From: Candidatus Poribacteria bacterium
GTDB lineage: Bacteria > Poribacteria > WGA-4E > GCA-2687025
DNA length: 64,000 nt
Reading direction: 5' to 3'
NCBI GenBank assembly: GCA_963665845.2
Contig: OY762492.1
Coordinates: 1,984,001-2,048,000, forward strand
Part shown: positions 9,151 to 19,080 of the stretch, one piece after another
How positions within the stretch are numbered: position 1 is the stretch's first letter
Layout: the number at the start of each line of letters is the position of its first letter
Notes under the pieces: generated by a model
What the model was told of the DNA's origin: nothing
What the model saw: the letters and a program-made list of their open reading frames with translations, nothing else
Databases searched by the model: none
Position numbers and translations under genes: made by a program

Positions 9151-10395
9151 ATGGACGGCGGACGCGCCCTGACCATAGAGCAGCAGCGAAAAATACTGGA
9201 ACGCGGCGTTGAAGAGATACTGCCCGCGGGAGAGCTGGAGCCGCTCTTGCGCCTCGCCGAGAAAGAACGGCGACCCCTGCGCGTCAAGCTCGGCATTGAC
9301 CCGACCGCCTCGGACATCCATCTCGGCTTCGCTGTCGTCTTGAGAAAGCTGCGCCAGTTTCAAAACCTCGGACACACCGCCTGCCTTGTGATCGGCGACT
9401 TCACCGCTTCCATCGGCGATCCGACCGGACGCTCCAAGACGCGCCCGATCCTCTCCCGCGCCGACATTGAACGCAACATCCAAAGCTACGAACAGCAGCT
9501 GTACCGAATCTTAGACCCCGACCGAACCGAAATTTTTTACAACGGCGACTGGCTCGCCGAGATGCGCTTCGCGGACGTCGTCCAGCTCGCTTCCCAGTAC
9601 ACCGCCGCGCGAATCCTGGAGCGGGACGACTTTGCAAAACGCGTTGAGGATCAGCAGCCGGTCTATATCCACGAGATGCTGTACCCGCTCTGTCAAGGGC
9701 AGGATTCTGTGCAGATACGGTCGGACATTGAGCTGGGCGGATCCGATCAAAAATTCAACAACCTGGTCGGGCGCGACCTGCAGCGCAACGCAGGGCAGCG
9801 CCCCCAGCTTGTCATGCTGATGCCGCTTCTGGTCGGAACGGACGGCGTCGAAAAGATGAGCAAGTCTCTCGGCAACTACATCGCTATCGACGAATCGCCT
9901 GAAGAGCAATTCGGCAAAACGATGTCGATACCGGATGAGCAGATTGTTCCGTATATGGAGCTGGCGGCGGGCGCGTCTCCCGAAGAGGCGGAGGCGGCGC
10001 GCGCCGAGAACAATCCGATGGCGGCAAAAACGGCGCTGGCGAAGCGCATCGCCGCGTTGTATCATGGACTGGAAGCCGCGGAACGGGCGGCGGAGCATTT
10101 TGCCGCGACGGTGCGCCGCCGAGAAACCCCCGACGAGATGCCGACGCTGAACGCCGCGCCGCTTATCGAAAACAGCGGAGAAAAAGGCGGAGAGAAGGAG
10201 GGCGTCTGGATTGTCAAGCTGATCGCCGAGGCGGGCTTCGCCGACAGCAACAGCGCCGCCCGCCGCCTCATCCAGCAAGGCGCCGTCTCTATTGACGGTG
10301 AGCGCATTACGGACGCCAACGCGCAGGTCTTCCCCGACGACGGGGCGGTCTTGAAGGCGGGAAAACGCCGCTTTGTCCGCCTCGTCATGAAATAA
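9151..10395 (+). CDS. tyrS: Tyrosine--tRNA ligase
   Basis: GIDPTASDIHLG, ELGGSDQKFN, KMSKS, C-terminal S4 domain. Confidence 0.97.
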   Translation: MDGGRALTIEQQRKILERGVEEILPAGELEPLLRLAEKERRPLRVKLGIDPTASDIHLGFAVVLRKLRQFQNLGHTACLVIGDFTASIGDPTGRSKTRPILSRADIERNIQSYEQQLYRILDPDRTEIFYNGDWLAEMRFADVVQLASQYTAARILERDDFAKRVEDQQPVYIHEMLYPLCQGQDSVQIRSDIELGGSDQKFNNLVGRDLQRNAGQRPQLVMLMPLLVGTDGVEKMSKSLGNYIAIDESPEEQFGKTMSIPDEQIVPYMELAAGASPEEAEAARAENNPMAAKTALAKRIAALYHGLEAAERAAEHFAATVRRRETPDEMPTLNAAPLIENSGEKGGEKEGVWIVKLIAEAGFADSNSAARRLIQQGAVSIDGERITDANAQVFPDDGAVLKAGKRRFVRLVMK

Positions 10396-10405
10396 GGGCG
10401 CGTCG

Positions 10406-11119
10406 ATGAGCGACTTTTGCGTCGTCATGCCCGCCTACAACGAAGCGGCGGCGGTCGGAGAGGCGGCGGCGCTGGCGCGTTCTTACGCCCCGCTCGTTCT
10501 GGTCGTGGACGACGGCTCCACCGACGCGACGGCGTCAGAAGCGGAAGCGGCAGGGGCTGAAGTGGCGCGCCTCCCCCAAAACAGCGGCAAGGGCAAGGCG
10601 CTCCAAACAGGCTTTGAAATCGCGCGCCGCCGCGGCTTTGAAATGGTCGTCGCGCTGGACGCGGACGGGCAGCATGACCCGCGCGACATACCGCGTTTTT
10701 TAGAGGCGCGCCGACGTTCCAACGCGGACGCGGTGGTCGGGACGCGCATGGCAAACGCGGCGCAGATGCCGATTCACCGCCGGCTCAACAACCGGTGGAT
10801 CGCCATGGTCGGCTCATGGCTCGGCGGACAGCATGCGCCCGATTTTCAGTGCGGCTTCCGCCTCTACAGGCTGGAACCGCTGCGGTCGCTTCGGCTGGAA
10901 ACGAGCGGCTTTGAGTTTGAATCGGAGCTGCTGATACAGATGCTGCGCGCCGGCTGGAAAGTGGAATGGACGCCTGTCAAAGCGGCATACGGGAATGAAA
11001 CAAGCCATGTGCGCGCGGGTCGGGAGATGGCGCGCTTCACGCGGCTTTTTTTCAGACAGCTGACGCCGTATAAAAGGGATTGCGCTGACGATGCAGCGCG
11101 GAAGGATGACGGCAGATGA
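10406..11119 (+). CDS. Glycosyltransferase family 2
   Basis: PAYNE, DDGSTD, GKG, DADGQH motifs. Confidence 0.9.
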   Translation: MSDFCVVMPAYNEAAAVGEAAALARSYAPLVLVVDDGSTDATASEAEAAGAEVARLPQNSGKGKALQTGFEIARRRGFEMVVALDADGQHDPRDIPRFLEARRRSNADAVVGTRMANAAQMPIHRRLNNRWIAMVGSWLGGQHAPDFQCGFRLYRLEPLRSLRLETSGFEFESELLIQMLRAGWKVEWTPVKAAYGNETSHVRAGREMARFTRLFFRQLTPYKRDCADDAARKDDGR

Positions 11120-12333
11120 ACAACAAAACGGCATGCCTCGTCGGATCGCTGGACACAAAGGGCGAGGAGTTTCTGTTTTTAAAGGAGCGCATTGAGGCGC
11201 AGGGCGTTCAAACGCTCGTCATTGACGGCGGCGTCATGGGCGAGCCTCCGTTCGCGCCGGACATATCGGCGTCCGAGACGGCGACGGCGGCGCAAACCGA
11301 CCTTGAAACGCTGCGCAGTAGAGGCGACCGAGGCGAGGCGGTCGCCGCGATGGCGGACGGCGCGGCGCGGCTGGCGGCAGACCTGTTTGCGGAAGGCAAG
11401 ATCGATGGCGTCGTCTCTCTCGGCGGCTCGGCAGGGACGACCATCGGAACGGCGGCGATGCGCGCGCTTCCGTTCGGCGCCCCGAAGGTGATGGTATCCA
11501 CGCTCGCCTCCGGCAACGTCCAGCCGTATGTTCAAACAAAAGACATCGCCATGATCTACCCGATCGTCGATGTGGCGGGTTTAAACAGCGTCCTGCGCCG
11601 TTCCATTGCGAACGCCGCCGCCTGCATCTGCGGCATGCTGAACGCGCCGCCTCTGGAGTCGTCCGCGGATCGACCTGTCGTCGCGGCGACCATGTTCGGC
11701 GTGACGACGCCATGCGTCACGGCGGCGCGCGCCGTCTTGGAGGCGGCGGGGTATGAAACGCTTGTGTTTCACGCGACCGGCGTCGGCGGGCAGGCGATGG
11801 AGAGCCTCATACGCGACGGCGCCGTTCAAGGCGTCTTAGACATCACCACGACCGAACTGGCGGATGAGCTGGTCGGCGGCATTTTGAGCGCCGGTCCGGA
11901 ACGGCTGAACGCCGCGGCGGAAACGGCGATACCGCAGATCGCCGCGCCAGGGGCGCTGGATATGGTGAACTTCGGACCGCCCGGCGAGGTTCCCGACAAG
12001 TTTGCCGACCGCCTCTTTTATCAGCATAATCCGAACGTCACGCTCATGCGAACGACGCCTGACGAATGCCGTCAGCTCGGCGAGATCATCGCGCGCAAGT
12101 TGACCGCTTCAAAGGCGCCGGCGGCGTTCCTTTTCCCTCAAAAAGGGTTCTCCGCTATCGACGCGGAGGGGCAGCCGTTTGAAGACGCCGAGGCGCGCGC
12201 CGCGTTTCTGGACGGGTTCCAATCCAAGGCGGGCGGAAATATAGAGCTGATCGAACTGGACGCGCATATCAACGACGAGGCGTTTGCCGAAGCGGCCGCG
12301 AAGGCGCTGTTGAAACGGATCGACTCGGCGTAA
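11116..12333 (+). CDS. Tm-1-like ATP-binding domain protein (UPF0261)
   Basis: GSLDTKGEE, GGSAGT, TMFGVTTPCV, FHATGVGG, PGALDMVNFG. Confidence 0.9.
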   Translation: MNNKTACLVGSLDTKGEEFLFLKERIEAQGVQTLVIDGGVMGEPPFAPDISASETATAAQTDLETLRSRGDRGEAVAAMADGAARLAADLFAEGKIDGVVSLGGSAGTTIGTAAMRALPFGAPKVMVSTLASGNVQPYVQTKDIAMIYPIVDVAGLNSVLRRSIANAAACICGMLNAPPLESSADRPVVAATMFGVTTPCVTAARAVLEAAGYETLVFHATGVGGQAMESLIRDGAVQGVLDITTTELADELVGGILSAGPERLNAAAETAIPQIAAPGALDMVNFGPPGEVPDKFADRLFYQHNPNVTLMRTTPDECRQLGEIIARKLTASKAPAAFLFPQKGFSAIDAEGQPFEDAEARAAFLDGFQSKAGGNIELIELDAHINDEAFAEAAAKALLKRIDSA

Positions 12334-12359
12334 AAGCGAAACGAAAGGGCAGTTGCAGT

Positions 12360-13028
12360 ATGGGAAGATTGAAAAAGCTGGCGCGGGAGGCGCAGCGCAA
12401 AGGTTTTCACATATCGGGCTTGATCATCCCCGTTCTTTACTACGCGGGACTCAAGCTGGACATCCCTGGAACCGACCGGACATGGTTGACGCGGGAGCTG
12501 GCGGCATGGATCGCCGGCGGCGTCGCGGGTTTGTCCCTGGCGGTCGACGCCGCGCGGCTGTCGGACGCGAACGCGAATCGCTGGTTCATCCGCTTTTTTG
12601 GACATATCCTGCGCAAGTCGGAGCGGCGGAAAATCACCGGCACCACCTATTATTTGATTGGATCGTTCCTGTCGATTTTGCTGTTTAAGCCGGCAATTGC
12701 GATCGCGGCGCTGCTGTTTTTGGTGTTCGGCGACTTTGCGGCGGCGCTCGTCGGCGTCGCGGTCGGGCGCATACGTCTTCTCGGCGGCAAGACGCTGGAG
12801 GGCGCGCTCGCCTGCTTTGCGGTCTGCGCGGCGGTCGGGCTGCTCATTTTTTGGAAAGTCATGCCGCACTGGAGCTACGGCGTTCTGGCGCTGTCCGGCG
12901 CCGTCGCGGCGACGGCGGCCGAACTGCTGCCCGGCCCGCTGAACGACAACCTGACGATACCGCTCATATCGGGCTTAGCCGTCATTGCAGTCGCCTTTTT
13001 AGCGGGCATAGACGTTCCATTGCCATAA
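12360..13028 (+). CDS. Phytol/dolichol kinase-like membrane protein (SEC59/DGK1/VTE5 family)
   Basis: RKGFH, GDFAAALVG, GKTLEG, NDNLTIP; multiple TM helices. Confidence 0.85.
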   Translation: MGRLKKLAREAQRKGFHISGLIIPVLYYAGLKLDIPGTDRTWLTRELAAWIAGGVAGLSLAVDAARLSDANANRWFIRFFGHILRKSERRKITGTTYYLIGSFLSILLFKPAIAIAALLFLVFGDFAAALVGVAVGRIRLLGGKTLEGALACFAVCAAVGLLIFWKVMPHWSYGVLALSGAVAATAAELLPGPLNDNLTIPLISGLAVIAVAFLAGIDVPLP

Positions 13029-13041
13029 GCAAAAAGCGAAA

Positions 13042-13189
13042 CTGACCTCATGCTAAAAGTTGGGACATTTGAACGGAAAAAGGCGTTGCCAACCAGGCCG
13101 TCATTCCCGCGCAAGCGGGAATCTAGAGGCGTCGCAGAAGACGCTCGCGTTTGCCAAGCGGAATGCCTCAACTAAAGCGCTACGGTCAG
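13042..13189. mobile_element. MITE family A copy with 6-bp TSD GCGAAA
   Basis: CTGACC...GGTCAG ends; GCGAAA at 13036-13041 and 13190-13195. Confidence 0.8.
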
Positions 13190-13223
13190 GCGAAACTGAA
13201 CGTTATCACGAAACGGACGGAAC

Positions 13224-14030
13224 ATGAAACTACTTTTGGCGGTCAGCGCGGCGATCCTTTTGACAGCGGGATGCGGCATCTCATCAGACGACCCTGAAGA
13301 AAATTATCCGCCGGCGGCGCCCAGAGGCGTCCGATCCATCAGCGGAAGCGGACAAGTGACGGTCATCTGGTACCCGAACACAGAACCAGATCTGGCGGGC
13401 TATCAGATCTGGCGGAGCCTGCAGCCTGGGGACGGGTACCGGAAAATCGCGACCGTCGGACCGAACGCGGCGCAGTATCTGGACATCAACCTTGAAAACG
13501 GAACCACCTACTATTACGCGGTGCTGGCGTTTGACCAGGACGGCAACGAGAGCGAATTCAACCCTGAAATCGTTGAAGACACGCCGCGGCCCGAAGGAAG
13601 CAACGTGACGCTGCGCAACTACCGGGACGACCCGTCCAGAGCCGGCTTCGCGTTCAGAAACGGCGCCTTCGGTCCCGTCCGCTGGGACGCGGACGGCGAC
13701 GACCGGCTCGACCGAGACGTCGACATCTTCTTCGGGCGAAACGACGAATTCCGCATCAATTACATCTACTCCGATCATGACGACCTGCTCATGCAAGACC
13801 TCGGCTACCGCGACACGCTGGACGAGGTGGATGTGGCGCCGCTTCACGGTTACACGATCATCTCGGTCGAAGCGCTGGCGGGGCATGTGTATGCGTTCTT
13901 CACGCCGGACGGCAACTACGCGAAGATACGGGTGACGCGCGTCTCGTCCAATGAGATCACGTTCGACTGGGCGTATCAGCTCCAGGAGGAGAACGCCGAC
14001 CTCGCGCCGCCGCAAACAGGAGGCGAATGA
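13224..14030 (+). CDS. Fibronectin type III domain lipoprotein
   Basis: Lipobox TAGC; DLAGYQIWRS, YYYAVLAFDQDGNES FnIII signature. Confidence 0.8.
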   Translation: MKLLLAVSAAILLTAGCGISSDDPEENYPPAAPRGVRSISGSGQVTVIWYPNTEPDLAGYQIWRSLQPGDGYRKIATVGPNAAQYLDINLENGTTYYYAVLAFDQDGNESEFNPEIVEDTPRPEGSNVTLRNYRDDPSRAGFAFRNGAFGPVRWDADGDDRLDRDVDIFFGRNDEFRINYIYSDHDDLLMQDLGYRDTLDEVDVAPLHGYTIISVEALAGHVYAFFTPDGNYAKIRVTRVSSNEITFDWAYQLQEENADLAPPQTGGE

Positions 14031-14794
14031 GTATGGCGGACGCCGCGCGCCGAGTCTTTGCCGTCATAGCCGCTCTTGTATGGGCGGCGTCGGCGGTCTG
14101 CGCGGAAACGCCGCTCCATGAAGCGCCTGTCCTAAACCCGCTTCCGATCAAGGTCGGCGAACGGCTTGAGTACAAGGTGAAACTGGGCATCATCGGCGCG
14201 GGGACGCAGACGATGGAGATCGCCGCCAAAGAGACGATGAACGGCGCGCCCGTCTTCAAGCTGCTGTCGAAATCGGAGCCGTCCTCCGCCTTGAAACGCA
14301 TCTATTCGTTCCGCGACGCGAAGACCAGTTATATTCATCTGAACACGCTGCTGCCGATTCGGTATGAAAAAGACATTCAAGACCGCTCCTACAAGGCGAA
14401 GTTTCTCGTCCGTTTTGACCGCTCCGCCGACGAAGCGAAGGTGTGGAAAGACGGCGCGTTTGAATCGACCGTCGCTCTCAAGCCGTTCACGCAGGACGAG
14501 CTGAGCATGATCTACTACATGCGCAGCCGAGACCTCCGCCCCGGCGAGACCTACACCTACGATTTTTTCACGGGGCGGAAAATTCACAGCGTCAAAATAC
14601 ATGTGAAAAGCCGCGTCTTTGTGGACGCTCCGAAACCGATCGGAAAGCGCCCCGCGCTGCGCATTGAAGCGTCGGACGGGTTCCGCATGTGGCTGACGGC
14701 AGACGCCGACCGCCTGCCGGTCAAGATCGAAGCGCCGGTCAAGTTTTTTGGGACGCTGAAGGCGGAGCTGTCCGAATATAAAGCGGGGCGTTAA
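14027..14794 (+). CDS. DUF3108 family exported protein
   Basis: Signal peptide; GERLEY, QDELSMIYYMR, WLTADADRLPVKI. Confidence 0.75.
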   Translation: MSMADAARRVFAVIAALVWAASAVCAETPLHEAPVLNPLPIKVGERLEYKVKLGIIGAGTQTMEIAAKETMNGAPVFKLLSKSEPSSALKRIYSFRDAKTSYIHLNTLLPIRYEKDIQDRSYKAKFLVRFDRSADEAKVWKDGAFESTVALKPFTQDELSMIYYMRSRDLRPGETYTYDFFTGRKIHSVKIHVKSRVFVDAPKPIGKRPALRIEASDGFRMWLTADADRLPVKIEAPVKFFGTLKAELSEYKAGR

Positions 14795-14809
14795 GCGTCC
14801 CCGCCTGAA

Positions 14810-15303
14810 CGTCCCCCGCTTCCGCGAGGGCATGCATTCCCGCGCCTTCTCCCCGTCATTCCCGCGCCTTCTCCCCGTCATTCCCGCGTAAGCGGGAATC
14901 CAGAGGCGCCGCAGAAGACATCCGCGTTCACCTCAAACGTTCATCCTACCCGCCGTCATTCCCGCGCCTTCTCCCCGTCATTCCCGCGTAAGCGGGAATC
15001 CAGAGGCGCCGCAGTCGACATCCGCGTTCACCTCAAACGTTCATCCTACCCGCCGTCATTCCCGCGTAAGCGGGAATCCAGAGTCTTCTTGCGGCGCTGA
15101 AAACCCTCCTAGCCCCCCTTTTCAAGGGGGAACGGCCAGCGACGCGCAAGCGGGAATCCAGGGTCTTCTTACGGCGCTGAAAACCCCCCTAGCCCCCTTT
15201 TCAAGGGGGAACGGCCAGCGACGCGCAAGCGGGAATCCAGAGGCGCCGCAGAAGACGTCCGCGTTCGCATGTCGAAATGTCCCAACTTAAGACGTGAGGT
15301 CAG
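14810..15303. repeat. Composite tandem repeat cluster ending in a family A MITE end
   Basis: 22-bp GTCATTCCCGCGCCTTCTCCCC units, a ~99-bp unit x2, a ~79-bp unit x2, terminal ATGTCCCAACTTAAGACGTGAGGTCAG. Confidence 0.85.
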
Positions 15304-15367
15304 CGCTTGCCCTTGACAAAACGGCGCAAACGACGCATATTCTACTGTAGACAACGCGGAGAAACGC

Positions 15368-18283
15368 ATGGCGCATCACGCCGAAACGAACCTGAACTAT
15401 GTCCTCGCCGACATCCTGCAGGAGATGGCGCCGAAGAGCCGCATGAAGGCAGAAAACACCAGGGTCCTCCGCGAAGGCAGAAGCTATCAGCCCGACATAC
15501 TCATTGCGTCAAGCGGGCGCTCCCCTGTCATCATCGAGGCGGAATATGAACCCGCGCGGGATGTCGAAGAGGAAGCGAAACAGCGGCTCGGCGCCAAACC
15601 TGAGGGGCAGACGCGCCCGGTGGAAGCGGTCGTCGCGCTGATCTATCCAGAAGAGCTGGAAACGGCGGGCGATCTCAAGGCGGAGATGAATCAGGCAATT
15701 CTCAAGTACTGCTTCTTTCAAGAAGACGCGGACGAAGCGGCGGAGGAACCAATCCGCTTTCCCGAAACCGGATGGCTGGAAGGGACGGCGGAAGACCTGT
15801 CCGATATGGTTCGCATGATTTCGGTTCCGCAAAAAGAGGTGGACAGAGCCGCCGAAGCTCTAGAAAACAGCATCGAACAAGCCGCAAAAGTCCTAGACGA
15901 AGACGCCCAAACGCGCCCCGAAATCTCCAAAGAAACGGCGCGGCTGCTCGGCATGTCGAACGTCCCGCAAACGCGCCGAATGGCATGCGCCATCCTCGCC
16001 AATGCGCTCACGTTTCATGAACGCATCGCGGGCATGCATGGCGGCATCCGCCCCCTTGAGCTGGTTTGCGGCGCGCTCAACCCGCAGAGCGCCATGCTGG
16101 AGGTGTGGAAACAGATACTCAAGATCAACTACTATCCGATCTTCGCCATCGCAAAAGACATCCTGACTCAGCTGCCGTCCGACCTTGCAAGCGCCGTCCT
16201 GTCGCAGCTGCGCCCCGCCGCGCAGGGCGTCCACATCACGAACGCGCATGAGCTGACGGGGCGCGTTTTTCAGCGTCTCATCTCCGACCGCAAATATCTC
16301 GCCACCTTCTACACGCGCCCCAATTCCGCCGCCCTGCTCGCAAGGCTTGCTGTCAGCAAATTGCGCGGCGTCGAATGGAAATCCCGCGAGTCGATTGCGC
16401 AGCTGCGCATTGCCGACTTCGCATGCGGAACGGGCGCGCTCCTCTCCGCCGTCTATGACGTGATCGCAAGCAAACATGAACGAGAAGGCGGAAACACAGA
16501 CGACCTGCACCCTGTCATGATGGAGAAGGTTCTGCGCGGATGCGACGTCATGCCCTCCGCAGCGCATATTGCGAGCGCGACCCTCTCCGGCGCCAGACCC
16601 GACATCGACTACGGCGACTCCAAAATCTACACCGTCCCATACGGGCGACAGAAGGACAACACGGTCAAACTCGGCTCGCTGGAACTGCTGACGCGCAGCG
16701 GCGTCATCGCGCTCTTTAACACCACCGACCCAGGACGAGCCACAGGCAGACACGGCGAAGAAACGGCGACCCGCATCTATGTTGAGATGAAGAATGAGTC
16801 GTTCGACCTTGTCATCATGAACCCGCCGTTCACTCGAAACACAGCAAAAGAAGGCGTCTATATTGGGACCTTTGCGGGCGCATTTGCCGCGTTTGAATCG
16901 ACAATCGAAGATCAACAAGATATGGCGAAACGGATGAAGTCGATTCAATCGAACACATGCTACCACGGGCATGCAGGCATGGCTTCAGCGTTCGCTTCGT
17001 TGGGCGACCGCAAACTCAAGCCGGGCGGCGTCTTGGCGTTGGTTCTTCCCTTGACCGCAGTATCTGGGAAATCTTGGCAGAAGTTTCGGCAGATGCTTTC
17101 TCAAAAATACAGCGGTATAGAGATTGTCAACATTGCAAGCAGCGGAAAAGATGTGTCCTTTTCTTCAGATACCAGCATAGCGGAATGCTTGATGATCGCG
17201 CGCAAATCGGGTCCATCAGGGCGCCGCGCTGTTCATAAGCCGCTCTATCCAGAAGCGCGTTTTATATCGCTGCAGAGTTCTCCCAAAAGCATCGCGGAAT
17301 CTGCCGCCGTTGCAGATCAAGCGATTAAATCGAAAGAAACGCGCCGGCTGGATGAAGGACCCCATGGAGGCGCGCCGATGCGCATAGGAGACGAGTTCTG
17401 CGGATCGTCTATTTCCGCTCAAGTGATGCATGACGGCTCGAAGTGGGGATTGTCGCGCATCGCAGATTATTCGGTCGCGCAAACCGCTTATGCGCTTTCC
17501 CAATCTAAATTATGGCCGCCAGGCTTCTTTGAAGGGCGCGATTTAAAAATTAATCCGCTAGGCAATTTCGCTGATCGAGGTTATCACCATTTAGACATCG
17601 TCGGCAAACCGCCTCAGGGGCCGTTTGATAAACTTCCGCCTAGCTCCACAGCGACGTACCCGTCTCTTTGGAATCACAATGCAAAAAATGAAACGCGGCT
17701 GGTCTGTGAGCCGGATTCACAACTACAAATGAGACCAGGCATGAAAGAGAAGGCGGCTAAAGTTTGGGCAACCGCCAGCCGATGCCATCAAAGCTTAGAT
17801 TTCGGGCTGGGATCGCAGCCCCTATCGGTTGCCTTCACAGACAATAAAACAGCGGGCGGACGCGCGTGGCCAAACGTCATTTTTACTGATCAGCGGTTCG
17901 ATTATCCGTTTACGTTATGGAGCAACAGCGCTCTCGGATTGCTTCTACATTGGTGGCATGGCAGTCGACAGCAGCCTGGAAGAAGCATCATAACCGTATC
18001 CGCCATTAAAACGTTGCCGACGCTAGACCTCCGCGCGCTCACGGACGATCAGCTGTCTCTCGCTGAGGAGATCTTCGAGCGTTTTCGGGATCGAGAATTC
18101 AAGCCGGCGTATATCGCCGACCTTGACCAGGCGCGCGCCGATCTGGACCGCGCCGTGCTGTGCGAGCTGCTTGGCTTCGACGAGTCTGTTCATGTCGCTG
18201 TGCGCAAGCTGTCGGCGAAGTGGGCGGCGGAGCCGTCCGTCCGCGGCGGCAAGAATCGTCCCGACAGCGCGCTTGCTGTCTAA
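15368..18283 (+). CDS. Type IIG-like restriction-modification enzyme (nuclease, N6-adenine MTase, TRD)
   Basis: N-terminal PDILI...IIEAE, FYT motif X, DFACGTG motif I, NPPF motif IV, C-terminal TRD-like region. Confidence 0.85.
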   Translation: MAHHAETNLNYVLADILQEMAPKSRMKAENTRVLREGRSYQPDILIASSGRSPVIIEAEYEPARDVEEEAKQRLGAKPEGQTRPVEAVVALIYPEELETAGDLKAEMNQAILKYCFFQEDADEAAEEPIRFPETGWLEGTAEDLSDMVRMISVPQKEVDRAAEALENSIEQAAKVLDEDAQTRPEISKETARLLGMSNVPQTRRMACAILANALTFHERIAGMHGGIRPLELVCGALNPQSAMLEVWKQILKINYYPIFAIAKDILTQLPSDLASAVLSQLRPAAQGVHITNAHELTGRVFQRLISDRKYLATFYTRPNSAALLARLAVSKLRGVEWKSRESIAQLRIADFACGTGALLSAVYDVIASKHEREGGNTDDLHPVMMEKVLRGCDVMPSAAHIASATLSGARPDIDYGDSKIYTVPYGRQKDNTVKLGSLELLTRSGVIALFNTTDPGRATGRHGEETATRIYVEMKNESFDLVIMNPPFTRNTAKEGVYIGTFAGAFAAFESTIEDQQDMAKRMKSIQSNTCYHGHAGMASAFASLGDRKLKPGGVLALVLPLTAVSGKSWQKFRQMLSQKYSGIEIVNIASSGKDVSFSSDTSIAECLMIARKSGPSGRRAVHKPLYPEARFISLQSSPKSIAESAAVADQAIKSKETRRLDEGPHGGAPMRIGDEFCGSSISAQVMHDGSKWGLSRIADYSVAQTAYALSQSKLWPPGFFEGRDLKINPLGNFADRGYHHLDIVGKPPQGPFDKLPPSSTATYPSLWNHNAKNETRLVCEPDSQLQMRPGMKEKAAKVWATASRCHQSLDFGLGSQPLSVAFTDNKTAGGRAWPNVIFTDQRFDYPFTLWSNSALGLLLHWWHGSRQQPGRSIITVSAIKTLPTLDLRALTDDQLSLAEEIFERFRDREFKPAYIADLDQARADLDRAVLCELLGFDESVHVAVRKLSAKWAAEPSVRGGKNRPDSALAV

Positions 18284-18314
18284 ACCCCCAGCCCCTTCCT
18301 TGTGTTTTTAGGCG

Positions 18315-19031
18315 TTAGCGGAGCGTGTCCCCCGGCTCCCAGTCCACAAACTGAACCTCAAGACCGAGGCGCGCCGCTTCCTGTTTCCACGCTTCGGGCG
18401 TCCCCGTCAACACGTCGAAGGTTCCGTAATGGGCGGGCGCGGCCGCCTTTACATTCAGCAGGCGCAGCGCATGCGCCGCCTCCAACGGTCCCATCGTGAA
18501 GTTGTCGCCGATGGGAAGGATCGCCAGATCCGGCTGATAGATTTCGCCGATGAGGCGCATATCGCCAAACAGCGCCGTATCGCCCGCGTTATACACCTTA
18601 TACCCGTTCGGAAATTCAAAGATGAAGCCCGCCGCCTCGCCGCCTGGGACAAGCGTTCCGTCCGCCTCCTGTATGGAGGAGCTGTGTACCGCATGCGTCA
18701 TGGTCGCCTTGAGTCCGTCCGCCTCGACGGTTCCGCCCTTGTTCATGGCGAGGATGTTGTCGAAACCTTTGCCGGTCAGGTATTGCGCAATCTCGACGAT
18801 GGCGGCGACGGTCGGTTGATGCGTCTCGATAATATCGAGAGCGTCGGCAAAATGATCGCCATGCCCATGCGTGATGAACAGCGAGTCGATCTTTTCAAAC
18901 GTTTTGCATTCGTCCGGGCAGGCGGGGTTGCTTTGAACCCAGGCGTCCGCCAGCGCGGTATGCCCGTCAAAATCGAACCGCACGGTCGATTGCCCTAGCC
19001 ATGTGATCTCAAGTCCGTTGTTGAGGCGCAT
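18315..19031 (-). CDS. Metal-dependent hydrolase, MBL fold (UPF0173)
   Basis: THGHGDH, AGDT, LPIGDNFTMG, HYGTF. Confidence 0.9.
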   Translation of the reverse strand: MRLNNGLEITWLGQSTVRFDFDGHTALADAWVQSNPACPDECKTFEKIDSLFITHGHGDHFADALDIIETHQPTVAAIVEIAQYLTGKGFDNILAMNKGGTVEADGLKATMTHAVHSSSIQEADGTLVPGGEAAGFIFEFPNGYKVYNAGDTALFGDMRLIGEIYQPDLAILPIGDNFTMGPLEAAHALRLLNVKAAAPAHYGTFDVLTGTPEAWKQEAARLGLEVQFVDWEPGDTLR

Positions 19032-19080
19032 TCGTTTCTCCTGTTGAGGCTGTCCGTTCATTTTGCCGTTCCGTTTTATG

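Noticed and set aside
14810-15303. Possible CRISPR array or integron attC cassette array
   Set aside because: Intervening segments are duplicated rather than unique, there are no cassette ORFs, and the modules are dispersed intergenic repeats
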